Source: Zygnema circumcarinatum SAG 698-1b
Lineage: Eukaryota; Plantae; Zygnematophyceae
Direction of reading: 5' to 3'
Assembly (NCBI GenBank): GCA_037447605.1
Contig: CM074814.1
Coordinates: forward strand, 1,488,001-1,552,000
Length of the DNA stretch: 64,000 nucleotides
Shown: positions 56,701-64,000 of the stretch, piece by piece
How the letters are laid out: each line of letters starts with the position of its first letter
Numbering within the stretch: the stretch's first letter is position 1
Made by a program: the position numbers and the translations under genes
Notes under the pieces: generated by a model
Seen by the model: only the letters and a program-made list of their open reading frames with translations
The model's database searches: none
Told to the model about the DNA's origin: nothing

Positions 56701-59502
56701 CCCCATCATATGGGGCCGCATCATATCCAACGTGCGACGTTGCAGTGTACAATTAGGGCGCCCCTGCAGGTACAGCACAGTTTTTTTTCCACCCAACTCC
56801 TCATCACAGAAAAAGTCCCTCATAGCAGCGATTAGGACGAGGCTGAACCTGCCACTCGGACTCTGAGCATTGCGTCCTTCAGTTAGTAATATTCTCGAAA
56901 GGATATTGCACATGGCGAGACGACAGGCAAGTGACTCAAAGCAGTACATGTTGGTTTGCAGAATCATTATGGATCTCGGAGGGCCTAAACTCCGCACAGG
57001 CCCTCTCCAGTCCGGTGCGCAAGTGGTTAAGTTGAAGCCTCAGAAAAATGAGCTCGGAAAGCGCTTGGGACCGGCGAAGGTTTGGTTGGCAAAACCGGAT
57101 GCAAAGCCGCCCTCCCAAATGGCTGAAGGATTGACTCATCTTCCCATTCTCGCGCCTCCGGGATGGCTGAATGGGCTTCGGGAGGGAAGCTCCGTTTCAT
57201 TTACTGACACTCGAGGAAAGGACAGGACTCTTCGCATTGTAGGAGTGGTAGAAGGAAGGGAAGGATCAGGTCTTTTGGCAGAGTGCGAGAAGGGAGCGTA
57301 TGTCCAGACTGGAACTAAGGTTTTCTTGGGAGGGCAGGAAATGCTGAAGAGAAGCAAGAAGAAAGTTGGGCAAGGGAAAGTGGCAGTTGTGGGTGATCTG
57401 CCGGCTATTGAGTCTGCCATTGTGTTGAAGAAAGGAGACACTTTGATGCTCGTGAAAGGCTCCTCTCCTGGGTCGCCTGCGGAATATGACGAGGAGGGCA
57501 ATGTTATTAGAATTGCACGGGTCTCCTGCGCACTTGAGCAGGTCTTTGACAGTGTGAAGGTGGGCATGGCTTCATCCCATTTTAGATTTTTTTGCGCTTG
57601 TGGAGTGTATTGCAGATGTGAGAGCAAAGGAGACGAAACTCGTAGAAGCATAGGGGTAAGCAGAGGTCTGTGAGGCAGGAAGCTTATCATCATTTTTTAA
57701 TTGGGTGACAGGTTGGAGAATCGATCAAGCTGGATGATGGTAAGATAGAGGGCGTAATCACTGCAGTCTCACCCGATGAATTTACCGTGAAGGTTACTCG
57801 CGCAGCACTCAAGGGCTCAAAACTTAAGGCGGAGAAGGTGGGTTACTTTTCACATCTGAAGATTGTGCGAGTCAACTTTGCCATGTGTTGTGCACATATC
57901 TCTTTACATCTTTACTGACAAATAAGTTATTTATTGCTGTAAGATAACCCCCACAAGTGCCTGTCGTATCGGGATTTTCTTTTTTGACGTGATGCGTTTG
58001 CCTTGATTGTTATCGTCCCACCTGCAGGCGATTAACCTGCCTGAGAGCGACCTCAAGATTCATGGATTGACAGCGAAAGATTTAGTGGATTTGAGCTTCA
58101 TTTGCGAGCATGCGGATATGGTGGCATTCTCCTTTGTGAATGATGCGAATGACGTGGCTATGCTTCAGGTCAGTGGAAGCTCTTGAGGAGGTTTATGATT
58201 CTTGCAATCGCTCCCTAGTACACACCTTCCTCGCACTGGTGGAGGATCCCCTTTCGAAACAAGAGTTTTGATATATGCTTCTAATGTCTGTTTTTATAGG
58301 ATGAGCTGAAGAAGAGGAATGCGGAGGATCTGGGACTTGTACTCAAAATCGAAACGAAGAAGGCGTTTGAGCAATTGCCTTGGATGCTCCTCCAGGTTAG
58401 ACCAGAGGCATTCATCCACTGTTTGAGGGGAAATGCTGTTATAAGGGTTAAACCTATGCTGTACGGTCCATCCTTTCGGCTTATGTATGCTGCTGCATAT
58501 CCTTTCTCCAAGCTTAGCTCTCCTTGAAAGGCTTCTCCTGTGTATACCCTATGCAGGGAATGAGGTCTCCCAATCCCTTAGGAGTGATGATTGCTCGAGG
58601 CGACATGGCTGTGGAGTGCGGGTGGGAGCGTCTCGCGGAGATTCAGGAGGAGATTCTTTGGTGCTGTGAAGCTGCCCACGTTCCCGCCATTTGGGCAACA
58701 CAGGTGCTGGAGGGCTTGGCAAAGGCGGGCCTGCCCTCCCGGGCTGAGATCACAGACGCAGCCATGGGAGAGAGGTAGGCGCTTTACCTATTTTCTCTTT
58801 GCGTTTGCTCCGGACGGACTTGAGCAGTTTATGGCAAGATCTCTTAATTTCCCCGGCAACGGATTGTCTCGTCAGTCATAGCTAAGAGCTGCAAGTTGAG
58901 AGTTCTATGTAGTGATGCGGAGGATAGTGGAAGTAGCCTCGTTTGATGTTTACGGAAGACCGTTGCATTATCCGTCTGCCCGCGCTGTTTCTCTCCCCTC
59001 TTTCCCTCTCGCTGTCTGTGACTCTATCTCTCTGACTGACAGCGTGAACCATTTGGGTTCTTGATGTTCACGGAGACTCCCTTCCCTTAGCGTTGCATTG
59101 TCTATCTGTCCTCTCTCTTTCTCTCCCCTCTCTCCCGCTCCTCTTTGCCTCGCACTGTGTGTGTCTCTCGCTGACTGATAGCGTGAACATTTGCATTCTT
59201 GATGTGCACAGAAGACTCTCTTCCCCTACCGTTGCATTTCGTCTGCCCTCTCTCCTCCTCCCCTCCTCCTTTCCTCCGTTTCCCTCTCTCTCTTTGACTA
59301 ACATAGCGCACGCTTGGAGGGCTGCAGGGCGGAGTGTGTGATGCTGAACAAGGGCCCCCACGTAGTCCTGGCGGTGCAGACACTGGACGACATCCTGCGG
59401 CGCATGATGCTGCATCAGACCAAGAAGCAGTCCATGCTGCGGCCCCTGCAGCTCTCCACGCCCTTCATATCGCTCATGCCGCCAGGACCCTCCCCTTCTT
59501 AA
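53772..59502 (+). CDS. PKP4: Plastidial pyruvate kinase 4-like
   Basis: 14 exons: 53772-53858, 54344-54520, 54749-54783, 55006-55389, 55629-55704, 55919-56065, 56351-56518, 56621-56769, 56962-57559, 57712-57837, 58028-58168, 58300-58395, 58557-58774, 59328-59502. Motifs [62 protein letters not shown]; no C-terminal allosteric domain. Confidence 0.93.
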
Positions 59503-60525
59503 GCCTTACTCCTTAGGGACCCCTTCTTGATGTTTGTTGTTTTCTTTGTTTGTTTAATGAAGCTTAATGAAGTTAAGTAGCGGCGTAGGCCTAGCGGCTG
59601 GAAGCTGAAAGCTGAAAGCCTCCGTCTGCAAGGGGAGAGATCCCCGTTCATAATGATGATTAAGTAGGCACTTTCGTGTGCAAATGCTTTTTTGTATTTA
59701 AATAAGAGCTGTTGGTAGACGGCCAACCTAAGCAGCCTCTGTATTGGCGTTCAAGTTTACAAAACGACTTTGTCAAGTTAGGACTCGGGTAGCATAGGGC
59801 TTGATGAGCATTGTAAAGTCTTCGTTAAACAAATACTTTTTGAATACCATCACCTGGGCCTCAAATGCAGTGTGTAGTTGCACCATGGTACAAACCACCC
59901 AAAATATCCTAAGAATCCAAAACCAAGCATCTCAAAACCGTCGGAACCCCCGATATCCTGACGACCCCGTGGTTCTGGAGCAACTGAGCAGATGAGAAGT
60001 CCTCGTCTTTGGCACAAAGTTCACTATTCACAAAACAACAAGTTGCATTGAGTGCACAAAGTTCAGAACAAGAGGCGCGTTAACAACAAAACTTCCCATC
60101 CCGAACCCTACCAAGCTATCCATAAATCCCACCCCCAATTTTGAGGGCCCATAGATCTTCCTGTAAAGGCTGTGAGACATGCTTCTTTGGCAGTCCAACG
60201 CCCCGCCCCCCTCATCCATTGGAACCATAATAAACAAACGATACGCTGTGCGTGAAGAGCACATGAGCTCAATTCCGGAGTTCACCGTTCCCAAATCCAC
60301 CCACAATGTCAGAGGCCGAGGCGGCCCTCCGAGACTGCAAGCAAATTTGAAAGGATGATTTTAGCCGGATAATGCAAGAGGAAAGAGGGATGAACGAGGG
60401 TAGGCGCTGCCATAGCAAAGGGTGACAATTTAAGCTCCTCCACTAGGGCAGGCGTGGGTGGCGGCTGCATGGCAGAAAGAGCTCCCCCAAGTGGGCGAGA
60501 GCTATCAAGGAAGCCCATGAACTGT

Positions 60526-63500
60526 TCACTGCTCCAAGTGGTCAATGACGTGAGAGATAATGCTGGCACCCTCTGAGTGCAACCAGCTGCTCTCCACCTG
60601 CAGCCGCCATAAAGTGCACAAGGTGTGAATATGGATTGGAAGTGTCAACAGGGTGCAATATGGCATTTGCAACAATAGAAACACTCGCACAGTAGGGAAG
60701 GCATGCTCCCCCCCCCCTCTCCCCCCTAAATGCCTGCAATATTCCTGCACATGTCTGAGGTCCGCTACCTGAATGAGAGCATGCGCCATAAAGGGCAGTC
60801 TCGCCTGATGAAAGCTCACATCCACCCGCTTCCATGGCATCTGCTGCAAAGCACTCACAATGGCATCTGCATGCCCATCCAACTTTACACCATCCCCTAT
60901 AAGCAAAGAGAGCGCTCGTAAGAAGTCCCCATGCCATCCTCTTCTAACATGCTTCATAGAAATATGGCCTATGCATTCTGCCAATTACATGATGCCGAAA
61001 AGAGTTACAGCACTTGACACATACCCTCCAGTTCCGTCAGTTTTGGCAAGCTTGCAGTCCTTTGTATGTTGCTTTCGCCCGCTTCTTCCTCACTCTCTAA
61101 TGACCTCCCGCTAGAGGACGGCTCCGTTACAGGGGGCAGCTCCTCCACTCGCATCACATAGCGATACTTCGGATCAGCCTCCTTCTTCGGCACCTGCAAA
61201 AGGTACTCAGTTACTATTCCATGAATCTTTATCCTTTCATTGGTGGGGAAAAAGGCAACAGTCTATGGGGCCTCAGCAATTGGACATCATCCATAGGCAA
61301 GAAAATTTGATAAGAAATGCACAAGTGGCCTTACCACCGGCATTTCAGTCGCTCGTCGAATTGAAGCTGTCCTCCATCCCACCATTTCTGCAGTACGGAA
61401 TGAAGGAAACTACTTCTCGCCCGTAAATCGCACTGAAACAGGAGACTCCCTCTTCTCTAACACCCTTTGTCTGCCTCTTATAAACCAGAACAAAAGGAAG
61501 GCTATGAAGTAGACCAGATCATGGAATCAAACCTTACAGACACCATTCACGTGTATGTCTTCGGCAAGAAGGCAAATGCTGCAAAACCCTTATCGACAGA
61601 AGGAGAATCAAATACCCTCCAATAACTCAGACCCTGGACATCACAGGCAAATAATCATCGCTTCTTGACCCATCACTAAATAACAACCTTCAGAACCAAC
61701 AGAACGCGCATATGGATACGATCCCAGCCAGTATTTGCATAGGCCGTTCGTTGCTTGAAAGCCTTTAAAGCAGATCTGCACCAAACAAACCCTAAAGCGG
61801 ACATTCAATCTCAGCATGCAAGCTAATGTAAAAAGGGAGAAACTACCTTTCAAATAGCAAGATCCTTAAAAAACAAGAGAAAAGAAAAAACAAGACAAAA
61901 ATACCTGCTCCTAACTCTGAATTAGGACCAAAACAGCTGCTCCAAAACTACGAACGATTCTGTGTAGCTTTCATGTAAGGACCAGAAAGAAGGAGAGAGG
62001 GCGAAAGAGAGATGGGGAGAGAGAGGGAGAGACAGGGAGAGAGGGAGAGAGAGCGAGAGAGAGAGAGAGAGAGGCGAGAGAGTGGGAGAGACAGGGAGAG
62101 AGGGAGAGAGAGCGAGAGAGAGAGAGAGGGCGAGAGAGAGGGAGAGGGAGAGAGGCAAGATAGTGCAGGACAATGCAGGATAGTGCTGCAATGAGCTCAC
62201 ATGAACGCTCCCTCCTCGCAGTCCGTGGTCATGCGGAGCAGCAGTGGGTCCGGCCCGTCTGCCAGAAAGAGGTGTCGGCCGGTCTTACCGATGATGTACG
62301 GAGCAAGCTGCGGGGATGCCTTCTCCAAAACGCCGATTCTGAAGAGGAAAGGCAGCTGCACCTCCCCTCCCTCTCCGCTGAAAATCTAGAAAAGAAACCT
62401 CACTTCAATGCACTTTTACGGTTCAGTTCAGTTGTGAATCTGCGCCACCCATCGCCATGTGGGGAGGGAGGGGAGGGAGGGGAGGAAGTGAGGGAGGGAG
62501 GGAGGGAAGGGAGAGAGAGAGAAAGAGAGAGAGCTACCACTTACATGGCCCCGTCCCAGGGATCCAAGATGCGGTGTAGCAATAGTGACAAAGTTGACAG
62601 GCTCCAACCCGGCAATAGTGGCCCCATCCACACTCCTCTCCCTCCCACGGCCTGTCCCCCTCGCTACCATCACATTCCCAATTGTGCCGCTAACCTCGCC
62701 CCTCCCTTCAGCCCCTTCGGCCCCTCCCTCCTCTTCTTCCTCTCCTGCTCTTTTGCCCACCTCAGAAGACGCGGGAATCCCATTCCAGTAGGACCATTCT
62801 TCACTCTCTTCCTCTGCTAGGGGAAGTTCTCCCTCGAAATTTCTCGGATCATCCCTTTGGTCGGCCATCAGCCCAAGTGAGCTCAGCATTTTGTCCATCA
62901 TAGCTGCTCTATTGAAGCCCTTGGGTTTGGGGATATCAGGCCTCTCCTGCTCCTTCATTGGCGGTTGGAACAGCTTCCCTATCGCATAGCGGGAGACGAG
63001 CCCCCCCATGGAGTGACTTACAAAGGAAATTTTCTTCAAATTGGGGTCCTCCTTGACAACACTCGACACCTGTCAGGACGAGAGCAAACAGGTAAAGAAA
63101 ACAAGCATTCGATATGACATCATGCTTCACTCGCACTGTGCAAAAACCCAACCGGAATGAAAACACGCGTTGAAGCCACAAGCATGCATAGTGTCTGATG
63201 TTGTGGAGTTACTTGAAGTCAGCAATAAGAGAGAGGATTGATGAGAGTCGACTTTCGAACATAGGAAAGTGTATACCTCGCTTGCGAACATCGGCTTGCT
63301 TCTAAGCTCTCGTCAGAAGGGACAAGTTCTAAAACCACAAACCTTCAAACTGACACTAGACTGCCACTATGAATGTGATGGTTACCCCTATCATACCATG
63401 AAAAACTGCCTCCTCTCTACCTCCCTCTGTATCGCTGCACTAAAATATTTGCATACCTCTTCTGCAAGGCGGTTCCCCATCACATCCACACCATCAAGTG

Positions 63501-63848
63501 TTTTCATGAATGAGTTGCAGGTGCTCACTGGATTCCCCACATTACCAATGGCCACCAAAGAAATTCAGAAGAACGCGCTCCTTCTGCTCAGCATAAATCA
63601 GCTGACGTTCAAAGTTACTCTATTTTAAGAACTTTTTCTCCTATCTCATATCTCGTGTTGCAGTCAACTCTCTTTGAGCAAAGGAGCTCTATTGTAAAGT
63701 TTCTCAAGCAGGATGCAACACAATGAAGTAGAGCAATTTTCCAGGGGGCCGAGAGACAGAAAGGAGTGAAGTATGAGTACCATGCACTCTCATGTTGTGA
63801 CCTGTCCTCGCCTGGAATTGCTCGTCCATGTATCTCCAATTCGCAGGA
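60526..63848 (-). CDS. DUF676 putative serine esterase/lipase (alpha/beta hydrolase), 5'-partial
   Basis: Exons 63848-63781, 63527-63457, 63069-62545, 62355-62201, 61775-61720, 61387-61335, 61193-61025, 60866-60769, 60597-60526. Motifs KTLDGVDVMGNRLAEEV, ISFVSHSMGGL (nucleophile elbow), TIATPHLG, YAN...MVGWRTASIR, WKRVDV. The first exon was not found in the window. Confidence 0.9.
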
Positions 63849-64000
63849 CTGGCAATCCCCGCACACGACAAGAACATGAGTTTAACTTTTTCAGCAAAGT
63901 AGCTCAATTTAGCCGCCCGCCCAGGCGGGTGTGCCGTTACCGGTGGTCAGCCACCGGCAAAGGGCTCTCACCGGCGACCGACGGCGTAGGAGCTCCAATA

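Noticed and set aside
1-64000. tRNA, rRNA, hammerhead ribozyme or tRNA-derived SINE
   Set aside because: By eye I found no cloverleaf or A/B boxes, no rRNA-like sequence and no complete CUGANGA...GAAA fold. A covariance-model scan was not possible, so small RNAs could be missed.

Overview
Eukaryotic nuclear DNA from a streptophyte plant lineage (GT-AG introns, plant-type genes; algal or bryophyte grade is plausible but cannot be fixed from sequence alone). I resolve 14 protein-coding gene models. They are three LEA-like 11-mer repeat proteins (one with a bipartite plastid/thylakoid presequence, one with a signal peptide and C-terminal KIEL), two orphan proteins with thylakoid-transfer-like presequences, a CCR/DFR-like reductase, a DUF266/core-2 branching glycosyltransferase, an intronless 105-aa orphan, a GPI-type arabinogalactan protein, DDX11/ChlR1, an ABCG half-transporter, a small membrane orphan, plastid pyruvate kinase PKP4 and a 5'-partial DUF676 esterase. 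Intergenic DNA is rich in mobile elements. Those confirmed by target-site duplications are three tandem MITEs sharing ATT spacers, two solo LTRs (5-bp TSDs), a Mutator-like element (9-bp TSD) and a hAT-like element (8-bp TSD). Also present are a decayed CRE-type non-LTR fragment, a nine-copy unclassified repeat confined to 5' intergenic DNA, and a 626-bp (CCCATG)n tract. I found no rRNA, tRNA or CRISPR array. The two most interesting signals are a candidate desiccation-response gene island in the first ~30 kb (ABRE-clustered promoters, products predicted for several compartments) and a transposon family that appears to have inserted three times into one 3-bp site. All gene models were built by hand from splice signals, frame and motif conservation, and need RNA-seq confirmation.
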